Shown one piece after another: positions 20,131-32,509 of a DNA stretch of 64,000 nucleotides. The notes under the pieces are model-generated. The model had not been told where the DNA came from, did not search any database, and saw only the letters and a program-made list of their open reading frames with translations. Each line of letters opens with the position of its first letter. Position 1 is the stretch's first letter. The position numbers and the translations under genes are program-made. Source of the DNA: Escherichia coli (GTDB taxonomy: Bacteria > Pseudomonadota > Gammaproteobacteria > Enterobacterales > Enterobacteriaceae); the NCBI RefSeq assembly GCF_044324785.1, contig NZ_CP172127.1; one strand, written 5' to 3'.

Positions 20131-20634
20131 TTACGCAGTGCGGCGGAAATTGACCAGTTCTGGTTGCGCAATGCGCAAATAATCCGCGGTTTTCAAAATA
20201 ACGGATTTATCCAGCATGCCTGCATTGAAGGCGATTTCATCAAATCGTTCGAAGAGTAGGGGATCGGCAACCAGTTTGAGTTTTGGATGGAAGCTGAAAG
20301 GGGGGATCGCGCCGAAGACACAGCCTGTGAGTTCATCGACTTCCGCCGGGCTGGCCAACGAAGCGCGTAATCCGCCTATATGGCTGGCGAGTTGGCTCAG
20401 ATCGGCCTGTTGATCGGCAGCGAGGATCGCCAGAACATGTTGATTTACACCATTGCCTTTGACTTTACATACCAGTGCCTTAGCCCCCTGGCCTAAAGCG
20501 GTGCCACGAATTTCTGACACCGCTTCACATTTACCTACCGCTTCATGGGTAACGACGCGGAAGTCAGCACCTTCTTGTGATAATAAAGCGATTAACCGCT
20601 GATGCGTCACGCTTCCTTTAGCCATTTCAGTCAT
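20131..20634 (-). CDS. yeaK: YbaK/ProX-type aminoacyl-tRNA deacylase YeaK
   Basis: 167-aa ORF MTEMAKGSVTHQRLIALLSQEGADFRVVTHEA. Confidence 0.8.
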   Translation of the reverse strand: MTEMAKGSVTHQRLIALLSQEGADFRVVTHEAVGKCEAVSEIRGTALGQGAKALVCKVKGNGVNQHVLAILAADQQADLSQLASHIGGLRASLASPAEVDELTGCVFGAIPPFSFHPKLKLVADPLLFERFDEIAFNAGMLDKSVILKTADYLRIAQPELVNFRRTA

Positions 20635-20676
20635 TTCATGCTCCTGAGATTACAAGCAAACAACCACAGAAGGTTA

Positions 20677-22167
20677 TCATGAACGGCTGTTTTTGTTCTG
20701 CTTATTGACATATAAACGCTCATCGGAAGCTTTATACGCATCATGTAACGTATCGTTTTCTTTCATCGCGTAAATACCGGAAGAGAAGCCGATCTCTTTC
20801 TGCGGCGCGATATGTTGCAGACGTTTTTCGATACGTTCAGGCAGTTGTGCTGCAATTTGCGGCGTTGAATCGACAAGAATGATGCAGAATTCATCGCCAC
20901 CGAGTCGGATGGCATAATCACTTTTACGAATCGACTGTTTAATCGCCTGCGCTAATAACGTAATCGCTAAATCCCCCTCCTGATGACCGAGGGTGTCATT
21001 TATTTGCTTTAACTTGTCCATGTCAATTGCAATAAACATCACCGAAGAACCGGATTGCACCAGTTTCTGCAACCGCTGCTCCAGTTCAGGGGTTAAAATT
21101 TTGCGATTATACAGTCCAGTCATCGCATCACTAATATTTTCTCGCGACACATTTTGGTATAAACGGAAGTGCATCCGGACCATATTCAACAAAATTAATG
21201 CCGTCAAAATCCAGAACAGAACGCTTTTCCACGAAGACGTGATAAAGTAAAGAATATCAATGGATAACGAGACACGAATGCCGCCCGGTAAGTCATGGAC
21301 GTAACTGACATACTGGAACAGATTATCTTCGCTCTGGTTGATGATAATGTCGCGCCCCGAATCGGTATCGGTTAGCGTGACATTGAGAAAACGCCAGAGG
21401 AGAGGGCGGTCATGAGTGTAAAAGATATTCCGCAGATTGTTTTTGTTAATATCCAGCAGCACAATCCCTTTTAGCTGCCCTGCGACATATACCGGCGTCA
21501 GCAAACTCATCACGTTCTGTTTAGTACGCTGATCCTGGTAAATGCTCGATAATACGGTACGCCCGGTAAATACCTTTTCAATATCTTTGCGATCGATGCC
21601 AATACTTCCTGACTGCAGGAAAGACCAGTTATTCATCGCAAAGTACTCAACATTAACCGGCTCATAAAAATAGACATAGCGGTCATTGAGATCGAGATAA
21701 TAGTGAAATTTCTCTTCGGCCATCCCAAGACCTGAACCGTAATCATCCTGGTGGCGGTTGCCTTCCACTGCCTGATCAAAAGCGGGTAATAGTGCAGCAG
21801 CTTCCACAATTGTGTCGCAGTCAGTGGATGCGGTTTGTAGTGTGCCGCGTAAGCCCGGGTATTTATGGGCAGTCAGGTTTAAGCCATGGGTATTATTGGC
21901 AGACTCAAAAGCCTCGCAGATGGCGCGCCGCTGTTCTGGCGACACTTCCGACTGCTCAGCAGCGAGAGCGCGCATCACATGCGCGGCAATACTCTGATTC
22001 TGATACTTATCATAAAGAAAGGAGGAGTCTGCTCTCTGCACGATATAGCGCAGATAGGCACTCATTGCTCTGTCGCTGGCGACAAGTTCAAAAATAAGGA
22101 AGGAAGATGTCAGCACAATGACACTTGCGGCGATAAAATGCCGGAGCATTCTATGGTGCAATTTCAT
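20677..22167 (-). CDS. dgcJ: membrane diguanylate cyclase DgcJ (YeaJ)
   Basis: GGDEF motif RLGGDEF; two TM segments flanking a periplasmic sensor region; conserved start MKLHHRMLRHF at ATG 22167 (track ORF extended by 60 codons). Confidence 0.85.
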   Translation of the reverse strand: MKLHHRMLRHFIAASVIVLTSSFLIFELVASDRAMSAYLRYIVQRADSSFLYDKYQNQSIAAHVMRALAAEQSEVSPEQRRAICEAFESANNTHGLNLTAHKYPGLRGTLQTASTDCDTIVEAAALLPAFDQAVEGNRHQDDYGSGLGMAEEKFHYYLDLNDRYVYFYEPVNVEYFAMNNWSFLQSGSIGIDRKDIEKVFTGRTVLSSIYQDQRTKQNVMSLLTPVYVAGQLKGIVLLDINKNNLRNIFYTHDRPLLWRFLNVTLTDTDSGRDIIINQSEDNLFQYVSYVHDLPGGIRVSLSIDILYFITSSWKSVLFWILTALILLNMVRMHFRLYQNVSRENISDAMTGLYNRKILTPELEQRLQKLVQSGSSVMFIAIDMDKLKQINDTLGHQEGDLAITLLAQAIKQSIRKSDYAIRLGGDEFCIILVDSTPQIAAQLPERIEKRLQHIAPQKEIGFSSGIYAMKENDTLHDAYKASDERLYVNKQNKNSRS

Positions 22168-22347
22168 GATAAATGGCACTCCTTCGGTTAGTGAAACGAG
22201 AAAACCAGTTAAAGTTCGATTGCGGCCTGGCACAGGGGCGCTAATTATACTCATCTCTGCGCCGCTGGGGAGGGGAAATTTAGGGGTAATAGTAATAAAT
22301 TGTATGCAAAAGCCACGCAAAAAGCATGGCTCTGAATATTTTTGCAC

Positions 22348-23823
22348 TTAAATATGATGAATAATCACTTTGTTGCCCCCATCGCTTTTCGCTTCGCGTA
22401 AGGCTTTATCTGCTTCCGTCATGACAAGCGAGATATTACGTGTGTCACCCGTTGAAAAAACCGTGCCAATACTGATGGTCATTTGCTCAGGAACATCATA
22501 TCTGTTACTAAAGCCGGTCAGGAGTTCGACATTTTTACGCATACGATCCGCAATGATTTTTGCCTGGGCACTATTGAGTTCGGTAAATAGCAAGCCAAAC
22601 ACCTCACCCTCCAGTCGCGCTAAAATATCATCGGGGCGGATGCTTTGCTGGATAATATCGACAATTGAAACCAGCACTTTATCACCCACACGATGTCCCC
22701 ATTGGGCATTGATGCGTTTGAACTGATTAATATCAACCAGCATGACACAGAAGTCCTTAACAACAGGTCGCGACAATAATGACTCTACGCTGTTGAAAAA
22801 GTAGCGCCGATTATAAATATTGGTCAGCACATCATGAACTGCCAGTTTGCTGGAGAGTTGCAGTTCCTGAAAAATGTTATAAATCAGAAAAGACACAACA
22901 AACAGTTTACTGGAGACTTCAATCCCGCGACTGATATACCAGATGGTATAATTATACTCATCCAGAGTCAGTAGAAGTAAGTTGCAGCATAGCGATGCCA
23001 GACATAATAATGCTATTAACGGCCATAGTTCGCTGGCTAATCGTGTACGCATGATAATAAAGAACAGTAAAAATGCCCACAGACAAACCAATATTTTTGT
23101 ATAGTTGATTCCCCAGGTCGCAGTATGGTTGTCCGGACAGTAATCGACGACATACAAAGAATAGTCAGCGTTATAACTGCTCAGATTGTGTGCCAGAAGG
23201 GGAAAAACTAAAAAAGGAATCAGCGCCAGCAACAGGATCCCCGTTTTTTTCTTATTGTTGTCAAGGATGTTGTCTTTACCATAACAAAAGAGCGCCAGCG
23301 AGGTTAAACAAATAAAACTGAGTTGGCGGAAAATATAGAAAATAGAAACATCATTCGACTTTGTCTGGATCAGTGTGCTGTCGTTGATTGGTTTATGGAT
23401 AATTACAATGGTTTCAACTAAATAGATAAGGCCACTTAAAAATGCAAGGCTTAAAATGAGTGTTGGTAAAATTTGTTTGTTAGTGAAATATTTCATTAAC
23501 ATGAAAAGAAAAATGACGGCGTTAAGGAAAAACAAAGCCACAACAACCATCAGGTAATTCATCTGTGGGATGAGTTTTACATTCGTGTTTTCGTTATATA
23601 AGGTAGTAATGCAAAATAAAATTAACGTCAGCAATAAACTGAAAATAAAAAAGCCTTGAGCTTTTAATTTTTGTGTACCCATAGAAACCATAAAAAGGAG
23701 AGCAATGTGAGTGCTGGATTTTATTGATGGCAGAGATATATAGTTTTGACCAGGATCAATTTTCGTTAACGATAAAAAATATTTAAAGAATAACCCCAGG
23801 GAAACACGTGTTGACCGAATCAT
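22348..23823 (-). CDS. cdgI: membrane GGDEF-domain protein CdgI (YeaI) with degenerate active site
   Basis: 491 aa; multi-TM N-terminus; GGDEF position reads EGEVF, so probably not a cyclase. Confidence 0.8.
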   Translation of the reverse strand: MIRSTRVSLGLFFKYFLSLTKIDPGQNYISLPSIKSSTHIALLFMVSMGTQKLKAQGFFIFSLLLTLILFCITTLYNENTNVKLIPQMNYLMVVVALFFLNAVIFLFMLMKYFTNKQILPTLILSLAFLSGLIYLVETIVIIHKPINDSTLIQTKSNDVSIFYIFRQLSFICLTSLALFCYGKDNILDNNKKKTGILLLALIPFLVFPLLAHNLSSYNADYSLYVVDYCPDNHTATWGINYTKILVCLWAFLLFFIIMRTRLASELWPLIALLCLASLCCNLLLLTLDEYNYTIWYISRGIEVSSKLFVVSFLIYNIFQELQLSSKLAVHDVLTNIYNRRYFFNSVESLLSRPVVKDFCVMLVDINQFKRINAQWGHRVGDKVLVSIVDIIQQSIRPDDILARLEGEVFGLLFTELNSAQAKIIADRMRKNVELLTGFSNRYDVPEQMTISIGTVFSTGDTRNISLVMTEADKALREAKSDGGNKVIIHHI

Positions 23824-23969
23824 TTTTCCGAATGATTGTTTTCTGGAACTAAATTGTGTAAAGGTTATGCTGTCATATTTAAAGCGATTGTAAGCTAATG
23901 TATGTAATAAATGAGATAATTTACAGTGAGCTAAAAATCAGCCAGGCGATAATGACCCGGCTGATAGTT

Positions 23970-25265
<1,296 letters not shown>

Positions 25266-25365
25266 CTACATTTGCCAACTGTATGCTACGCCTGTGTTGC
25301 CGCTTCTCTGGCCCACGGTTCGCTGTCGTTGTAGGCCCGGTAGCATGTGTACCGGGCCAGGGTTG

Positions 25366-27300
25366 TTAAGACGATTTACGTACGCGCAAATACCATTCGC
25401 ACAGTAAACGCACCTGTTTACGGGTGTAGCCTTTTTCCATCATACGGTCGACAAAGTCGTCATGTTTCTTCTGCTCGTCGGTTGACGTTTTGGCGTTAAA
25501 CGAAATAACCGGCAACAGCTCCTCGGTATTGGAGAACATTTTCTTCTCAATAACCGTGCGCAGTTTTTCATAGCTGGTCCAGTTCGGATTGCGTCCGCTG
25601 TTATTCGCTCTGGCGCGCAGTACGAAGTTAACAATCTCGTTGCGGAAATCTTTTGGATTACTGATCCCCGCCGGTTTCTCGATTTTCTCCAGCTCGGCGT
25701 TAAGAGACTCGCGGTCAAACAACTGCCCGGTATCCGGATCGCGATACTCCTGATCCTGAATCCAGAAATCCGCGTAGGTAACATAACGGTCGAAAATGTT
25801 TTGCCCATATTCGGAATAGGATTCAAGGTAGGCCGTCTGGATCTCTTTGCCGATAAACTCGGCATATTTCGGGATCAGATAACCTTTCAGGAACTCCAGA
25901 TAGCGTTCTGCCTGCTCTTGCGGGAACTGCTCGCGCTCGATCTGCTGTTCCAGGACGTAGAACAGATGGACCGGGTTTGCCGCCACTTCTACATGATCGA
26001 AGTTGAACACGCGGGAGAGGATCTTAAACGCAAAACGCGTCGACAGACCGTTCATCCCTTCATCGACACCGGCATAGTCACGATATTCCTGATACGACTT
26101 GGCTTTGGGATCGGTGTCTTTCAGACTTTCGCCATCATAAACCCGCATCTTTGAATAAATGCTGGAGTTTTCTGGCTCTTTCAGGCGCGAAAGAATGGAG
26201 AAACGTGACAGTGTTTCCAGCGTGCCAGGGGCGCAGGGGGCGTGAGTCAATTCACTGTGATTAAGCAATTTCTCGTAGATTTTGATCTCTTCGGAAATGC
26301 GCAAGCAATACGGCACCTTCACGATGTAAACACGATCGAGGAAGGCTTCGTTGTTTTTGTTATTACGGAAAGTGACCCATTCGGATTCGTTCGAGTGGGC
26401 GAGAATAATCCCGTTGAACGGCAGGGCGGAGATACCTTCCGTCCCGTTGTAGTTACCTTCCTGAGTGGCGGTTAGCAAGGGATGCAGCACTTTTATCGGT
26501 GCTTTAAACATCTCGACAAATTCCATGATCCCCTGATTGGCGCGGCACAGCGCACCGGAATAGCCGTAGGCGTCCGGGTCATTCTGCGCGTAGTGTTCGA
26601 GTTTACGAATATCGACTTTCCCAACCAGCGCGGAGATGTCCTGGTTGTTCTCATCACCGGGTTCCGTTTTGGCGATAGCAATTTGTTGCAGAATTGACGG
26701 CCAGACCTTCACTACCCGGAACTTAGTGATATCGCCACCAAATTCATGCAGGCGTTTTGCCGCCCACGGCGACATGATGGTGCCGAGATAACGGCGAGGA
26801 ATGCCATACTCTTTTTCCAGAATCTGCGCATCTTCCTGCGGATTGAAAAGACAGAACGGATGATCGTTGACCGGGCTACGCTCACCGTTGGCGCTCAATA
26901 CATAAATCGGTACGAGCTGCATTAATGATTTCAGTCGCTCAGCAAGCGATGATTTACCCCCACCCACAGGCCCCAGCAGATACAGGATTTGTTTCTTCTC
27001 TTCCAGCCCCTGAGCCGCGTGTTTCAGATAAGAGACAATCTGTTCAATCGCGTCTTCCATGCCGTAAAACTCTTCAAACGCCGGATAACGTGCAATGACC
27101 CGGTTAGAAAAGAGTCGAGAAAGTCTGGGTTCCTGGGCTGTATCGACCATGACAGGCTCACCGATAGCCATCAATAGCCGCTCAGCCGCGTTGGCATAAG
27201 CACTGCGATCTTGCCGACAAGTGGTAAGAAACTCCTGCAGTGTGAACTCTTCGTCCTTGGCAGCTTCATATCGCTGGCGATAGTGATCGAATATATTCAT
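25366..27300 (-). CDS. yeaG: PrkA-family serine protein kinase YeaG
   Basis: 644 aa; AAA-type Walker A GPVGGGKSSLAERL in the N-terminal domain. Confidence 0.9.
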   Translation of the reverse strand: MNIFDHYRQRYEAAKDEEFTLQEFLTTCRQDRSAYANAAERLLMAIGEPVMVDTAQEPRLSRLFSNRVIARYPAFEEFYGMEDAIEQIVSYLKHAAQGLEEKKQILYLLGPVGGGKSSLAERLKSLMQLVPIYVLSANGERSPVNDHPFCLFNPQEDAQILEKEYGIPRRYLGTIMSPWAAKRLHEFGGDITKFRVVKVWPSILQQIAIAKTEPGDENNQDISALVGKVDIRKLEHYAQNDPDAYGYSGALCRANQGIMEFVEMFKAPIKVLHPLLTATQEGNYNGTEGISALPFNGIILAHSNESEWVTFRNNKNNEAFLDRVYIVKVPYCLRISEEIKIYEKLLNHSELTHAPCAPGTLETLSRFSILSRLKEPENSSIYSKMRVYDGESLKDTDPKAKSYQEYRDYAGVDEGMNGLSTRFAFKILSRVFNFDHVEVAANPVHLFYVLEQQIEREQFPQEQAERYLEFLKGYLIPKYAEFIGKEIQTAYLESYSEYGQNIFDRYVTYADFWIQDQEYRDPDTGQLFDRESLNAELEKIEKPAGISNPKDFRNEIVNFVLRARANNSGRNPNWTSYEKLRTVIEKKMFSNTEELLPVISFNAKTSTDEQKKHDDFVDRMMEKGYTRKQVRLLCEWYLRVRKSS

Positions 27301-27403
27301 GGTATGCCGTCCTTTCGTTTTTTAGCACAGGTTAAGAGCCGTTCATATGAATAGTAGAGGCTCCCGGAAGAGGTAAACTGAACGACGTCTCTTGCTAAAA
27401 CAC

Positions 27404-27419
27404 AGCAACTCTCATGCCA
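27404..27419 (-). promoter_or_regulatory. sigma54 promoter of yeaGH
   Basis: Minus strand reads TGGCAT-GAGAG-TTGCT, matching TGGCAC-N5-TTGCW with correct GG/GC spacing, about 105 nt before the yeaG ATG. Confidence 0.65.
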
Positions 27420-27735
27420 TTTTATCGACGATGAGAACAACGTGCCCGGTGATACACCTTCAAAATTAAGCGTAGATGGCAAATGGAAAACTTGCCTACA
27501 CGGCTTTCTTAATTTCAATGGCATATCAACAACTCATCCATAAATTTTGCATAATTAATGTAAAGACCAGGGTCGCCAGTAACGCTAAATTCATTTGGCT
27601 GTAAGCGCGATGTCATCCGCGTCAGGAAAATTAAACAGTTACTTTAAAAAATGAAAACGTAAAAAGGTTGGGTTTCGATGTATTGACGGGTAAACTTTGT
27701 CGCCCGCTAAACATTTGTTTAAGGAATGATTAATT

Positions 27736-28482
27736 GTGACCAAACTCAAACTTCTGGCACTTGGAGTGCTTATCGCAACGTCTGCAGGCGTAGCGCACGC
27801 TGAAGGTAAATTTTCCCTGGGCGCAGGCGTAGGTGTCGTTGAACACCCATATAAAGATTACGATACCGATGTTTACCCAGTACCGGTAATCAACTATGAA
27901 GGCGATAACTTCTGGTTCCGTGGCTTAGGTGGTGGTTACTACCTGTGGAATGACGCAACGGACAAACTTTCAATTACCGCTTATTGGTCGCCGCTTTACT
28001 TCAAAGCGAAAGACAGTGGCGATCACCAAATGCGTCACCTGGATGACCGTAAGAGCACCATGATGGCTGGTCTGTCTTATGCTCACTTTACCCAGTACGG
28101 TTACCTGCGTACCACCCTGGCTGGCGATACCCTGGATAACAGCAACGGCATCGTCTGGGATATGGCCTGGTTGTATCGTTACACCAACGGTGGCCTGACC
28201 GTGACTCCGGGTATTGGTGTGCAGTGGAACAGCGAAAACCAGAACGAATACTATTATGGCGTATCGCGCAAAGAGTCTGCTCGCAGCGGTCTGCGTGGCT
28301 ATAACCCGAACGACAGCTGGAGCCCTTACCTGGAGCTGAGCGCCAGCTACAACTTCCTCGGCGACTGGAGTGTTTACGGTACCGCGCGCTACACCCGTCT
28401 GTCTGATGAAGTTACTGACAGCCCAATGGTGGATAAATCCTGGACTGGCCTGATTTCTACCGGGATCACCTACAAATTCTGA
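27736..28482 (+). CDS. mipA: MltA-interacting outer-membrane protein MipA
   Basis: 248 aa; GTG start; cleavable signal peptide ...AGVAHA, beta-strand-rich, C-terminal F. Confidence 0.85.
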   Translation: MTKLKLLALGVLIATSAGVAHAEGKFSLGAGVGVVEHPYKDYDTDVYPVPVINYEGDNFWFRGLGGGYYLWNDATDKLSITAYWSPLYFKAKDSGDHQMRHLDDRKSTMMAGLSYAHFTQYGYLRTTLAGDTLDNSNGIVWDMAWLYRYTNGGLTVTPGIGVQWNSENQNEYYYGVSRKESARSGLRGYNPNDSWSPYLELSASYNFLGDWSVYGTARYTRLSDEVTDSPMVDKSWTGLISTGITYKF

Positions 28483-28513
28483 TAATGCATCTTTCCAGGG
28501 CATTTTGTGCATA

Positions 28514-28538
28514 AAAACAGGGCGTAATGCCCTGTTTT
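28514..28538 (+). terminator. intrinsic terminator of mipA
   Basis: AAAACAGGGC-GTAAT-GCCCTGTTTT perfect 10-bp stem ending in a T-run, 32 nt after the stop. Confidence 0.75.
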
Positions 28539-28571
28539 GCATTACGGTGGTGCAATACCTGGGAGGAAACA

Positions 28572-29426
28572 ATGCAACAAAAAATGATTCAATTTAGTGG
28601 CGATCTCTCACTGCCAGCCATAGGGCAGGGAACATGGTATATGGGCGAAGATGCCAGTCAGCGTAAAACAGAAGTTGCTGCACTACGCGCGGGCATTGAG
28701 CTCGGTTTAACCCTCATTGATACCGCCGAAATGTATGCTGATGGCGGTGCCGAAATGGTGGTTGGGGAAGCATTAACCGGCCTGCGTGAGAACGTCTTTC
28801 TCGTCTCTAAAGTCTATCCGTGGAATGCTGGCGGGCAAAAAGCGATAAATGCATGCGAAGCCAGTTTACGCCGTCTCAATACTGATTATCTCGATCTCTA
28901 CTTATTACACTGGTCTGGCAGTTTCGCTTTTGAAGAGACTGTCGCAGCGATGGAAAAATTGATTGCCCAGGGAAAAATCCGCCGCTGGGGCGTTTCTAAC
29001 CTTGATTATGCCGATATGCAGGAACTCTGGCAGCTGCCGGGGGGAAATCAGTGTGCCACTAATCAGGTGCTTTACCATCTCGGTTCACGAGGGATTGAGT
29101 ACGATCTACTCCCCTGGTGCCAGCAACAGAAGATACCGGTGATGGCTTACAGTCCGTTAGCTCAGGCCGGGCGGTTGCGCAATGGGCTGCTAAAAAACGC
29201 AGTAGTCAACGAAATTGCACATGCTCACAATATCAGCGCGGCACAAGTATTGTTAGCGTGGGTAATCAGCCATCAGGGGGTGATGGCGATTCCAAAAGCG
29301 GCCACGATAGCCCATGTCCAACAAAATGCGGCTGTGCTTGAGGTTGAACTTTCGTCAGCGGAATTAGCTATGCTGGATAAGGCATATCCGGCACCAAAAG
29401 GTAAAACTGCGCTGGATATGGTGTGA
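28572..29426 (+). CDS. yeaE: aldo-keto reductase YeaE
   Basis: 284-aa product MQQKMIQFSGD from ATG 28572 with GGGAGG RBS; AKR fold. Confidence 0.85.
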   Translation: MQQKMIQFSGDLSLPAIGQGTWYMGEDASQRKTEVAALRAGIELGLTLIDTAEMYADGGAEMVVGEALTGLRENVFLVSKVYPWNAGGQKAINACEASLRRLNTDYLDLYLLHWSGSFAFEETVAAMEKLIAQGKIRRWGVSNLDYADMQELWQLPGGNQCATNQVLYHLGSRGIEYDLLPWCQQQKIPVMAYSPLAQAGRLRNGLLKNAVVNEIAHAHNISAAQVLLAWVISHQGVMAIPKAATIAHVQQNAAVLEVELSSAELAMLDKAYPAPKGKTALDMV

Positions 29427-29435
29427 TGTTGATAC

Positions 29436-29460
29436 GTGCCGGATGCATCGCACCCGGCAC
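29436..29460. repeat. REP-like palindrome between convergent yeaE and yeaD
   Basis: GTGCCGGATGCATCGCACCCGGCAC with 7-bp stems; GCCGGATGC resembles REP elements. Confidence 0.45.
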
Positions 29461-29476
29461 ACAACATTAACGCAAA

Positions 29477-30361
29477 TTAACGTTTGGCAACGCGAATGGA
29501 TTGCGCCAGATGTGCAGGTTTTTCTTTGGTGACTTTTTGCGTTTCTGAAGCGTAAGCCGTTTCTACACAAACAAAGGTCTTGTAGCCATCGTCCGGCATG
29601 TCGCCCATGCTAACTGAAAGCGCCGGTCCCGGATTCCAGCCTACAACGTTCAGATGATGCTGGTGACCTACGGCGATAATACGATTCAGCGCTTCATCAT
29701 TAATCACGCTGCAATCTTGCGGATTCAGATACACGCGATCGGTACGGTCAGGGAAGGTCTGAATACCGTCGGTCAGTACATCTTCTTTCGCGTCATTCAC
29801 TTTATCAATGAAGCGATCGCCCAGCCCACTGACGCTTACCTTAGCGATATCACCCACGTTAAAGTAGGTATGCAGGGCAGAGGTGGTTTCAAATTCGCCA
29901 TGTGATTCAAGATCGATTTCACAGGTTTTACCCACGCGGAAATGCGCTAACAGCGTAAAGTCGTGCGGCCAGAATTTTTTCGTCTCTTCGCTTTGCGTCA
30001 ATTCAAAAGTCAGCGCTACGCCATCAGCATCTTCATGATGTGATTTCAGCGTCCACGGCAGGTTGCGGGCAAAACCGTGCGCAGGCAGGCCTTGTTGTGC
30101 AGCCGGACCAAACCACGGCCAGCAAACCGGTACGCCACCGCGAATAGCGACGCCATTTTTGAACGGTGTGTTATTGCTCAACCACAGAACTTCTTCTTCA
30201 CCCGCAGGTTTCCATGAGAGAAGGTGTGCGCCCTGTAATGCAAAAGAGGCTTTTACCTGGGGATGATCGACCACAATGAGGTCCAGTTCATCCAGTTTAC
30301 GACGGGAGAGGACAGGGGAGATTTGTTCGATGACCGGAAGGGCAAAAATTTTCTTAATCAT
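29477..30361 (-). CDS. yeaD: aldose-1-epimerase-family protein (glucose-6-phosphate 1-epimerase) YeaD
   Basis: 294-aa product from ATG 30361 (MIKKIFALPVIEQ); track ORF carries 7 extra codons. Confidence 0.85.
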   Translation of the reverse strand: MIKKIFALPVIEQISPVLSRRKLDELDLIVVDHPQVKASFALQGAHLLSWKPAGEEEVLWLSNNTPFKNGVAIRGGVPVCWPWFGPAAQQGLPAHGFARNLPWTLKSHHEDADGVALTFELTQSEETKKFWPHDFTLLAHFRVGKTCEIDLESHGEFETTSALHTYFNVGDIAKVSVSGLGDRFIDKVNDAKEDVLTDGIQTFPDRTDRVYLNPQDCSVINDEALNRIIAVGHQHHLNVVGWNPGPALSVSMGDMPDDGYKTFVCVETAYASETQKVTKEKPAHLAQSIRVAKR

Positions 30362-30392
30362 GACGCAGTCCTTTAACTTCATTTTATCAGGT

Positions 30393-30423
30393 AAAAAAAA
30401 GAGCGACCGAAGTCGCTCTTTTT
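30393..30423. terminator. bidirectional intrinsic terminator (gapA / yeaD)
   Basis: A8-GAGCGAC-CGAA-GTCGCTC-T5; on the minus strand the stem is followed by a U-tract 21 nt after the gapA stop. Confidence 0.8.
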
Positions 30424-30444
30424 AGATCACAGTGTCATCTCAAC

Positions 30445-31452
<1,008 letters not shown>

Positions 31453-31647
31453 CTATTTGTTAGTGAATAAAAGGTTGCCTGTAAAATTACAAAAACCTTA
31501 CGCAGCGTCAAGCGGAATCGTGTCAATCATTGCGACAAATCAATCCTGTGCCTAAGCATTACGCGACTGACTCGCCTCACTCTTCCTTTGGGCTTGAGAC
31601 CACATGGGGTCGGCGTCCCGAATTTTAAAGGGCAATTACGATAAAAA

Positions 31648-31663
31648 TGTGATTTTCATCACG
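31648..31663. promoter_or_regulatory. CRP-like binding site in the gapA-msrB divergent region
   Basis: TGTGATTTTCATCACG matches TGTGA-N6-TCACA at 9 of 10 half-site positions. Confidence 0.5.
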
Positions 31664-31781
31664 ATTTAGGTGCAGCCATTTCGTCGAGATCAAGTTTAGG
31701 ACAAATTTTTGCCAGTTGGTGTTAATGTTTTGTTAGAATCAGTCGCGTAATGTGAGCACGATTAAAGTGAGATGTGAGCAA

Positions 31782-32195
31782 ATGGCTAATAAACCTTCGG
31801 CAGAAGAACTGAAAAAAAATTTGTCCGAGATGCAGTTCTACGTGACGCAGAATCATGGGACAGAGCCGCCATTTACGGGTCGTTTACTGCATAACAAGCG
31901 TGACGGCGTATATCACTGTTTGATCTGCGATGCCCCGCTGTTTCATTCCCAAACCAAGTATGATTCCGGCTGTGGCTGGCCCAGTTTCTACGAACCGGTG
32001 AGTGAAGAATCCATTCGTTATATCAAAGACTTGTCACATGGAATGCAGCGCATAGAAATTCGTTGCGGTAACTGTGATGCCCATCTGGGGCATGTCTTCC
32101 CCGACGGGCCGCAGCCAACGGGCGAACGTTATTGTGTTAACTCTGCCTCTTTACGCTTTACCGATGGCGAAAACGGCGAAGAAATCAACGGTTGA
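31782..32195 (+). CDS. msrB: methionine-R-sulfoxide reductase MsrB
   Basis: 137 aa from ATG 31782; two CxxC zinc motifs (CLICDAP, CGNCDAH) and catalytic RYCVNSASL. Confidence 0.9.
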
Positions 32196-32236
32196 AAAAA
32201 CGATTCAGCAACTTATTCCACAGGAGCGGAAAAATT

Positions 32237-32509
32237 ATGAATCTTGATGACATTATCAACAGCATGACGCCTGAGGTATACCAGCGTTTGTCAACAGCCG
32301 TTGAACTGGGTAAGTGGCCAGATGGCGTTGCGCTGACCGAGGAACAAAAAGAGAACTGCCTGCAACTGGTGATGCTGTGGCAAGCCCGCCATAATACCGA
32401 AGCTCAGCATATGACAATTGACACAAATGGTCAGATGGTTATGAAGAGCAAACAACAGTTAAAAGAAGATTTTGGTATCTCAGCAAAGCCTATTGCCATG
32501 TTTAAGTAA
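32237..32509 (+). CDS. yeaC: DUF1315 protein YeaC
   Basis: 90-aa product MNLDDIINSMTPEVYQRL; overlaps the msrB end region, suggesting an operon. Confidence 0.8.
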   Translation: MNLDDIINSMTPEVYQRLSTAVELGKWPDGVALTEEQKENCLQLVMLWQARHNTEAQHMTIDTNGQMVMKSKQQLKEDFGISAKPIAMFK

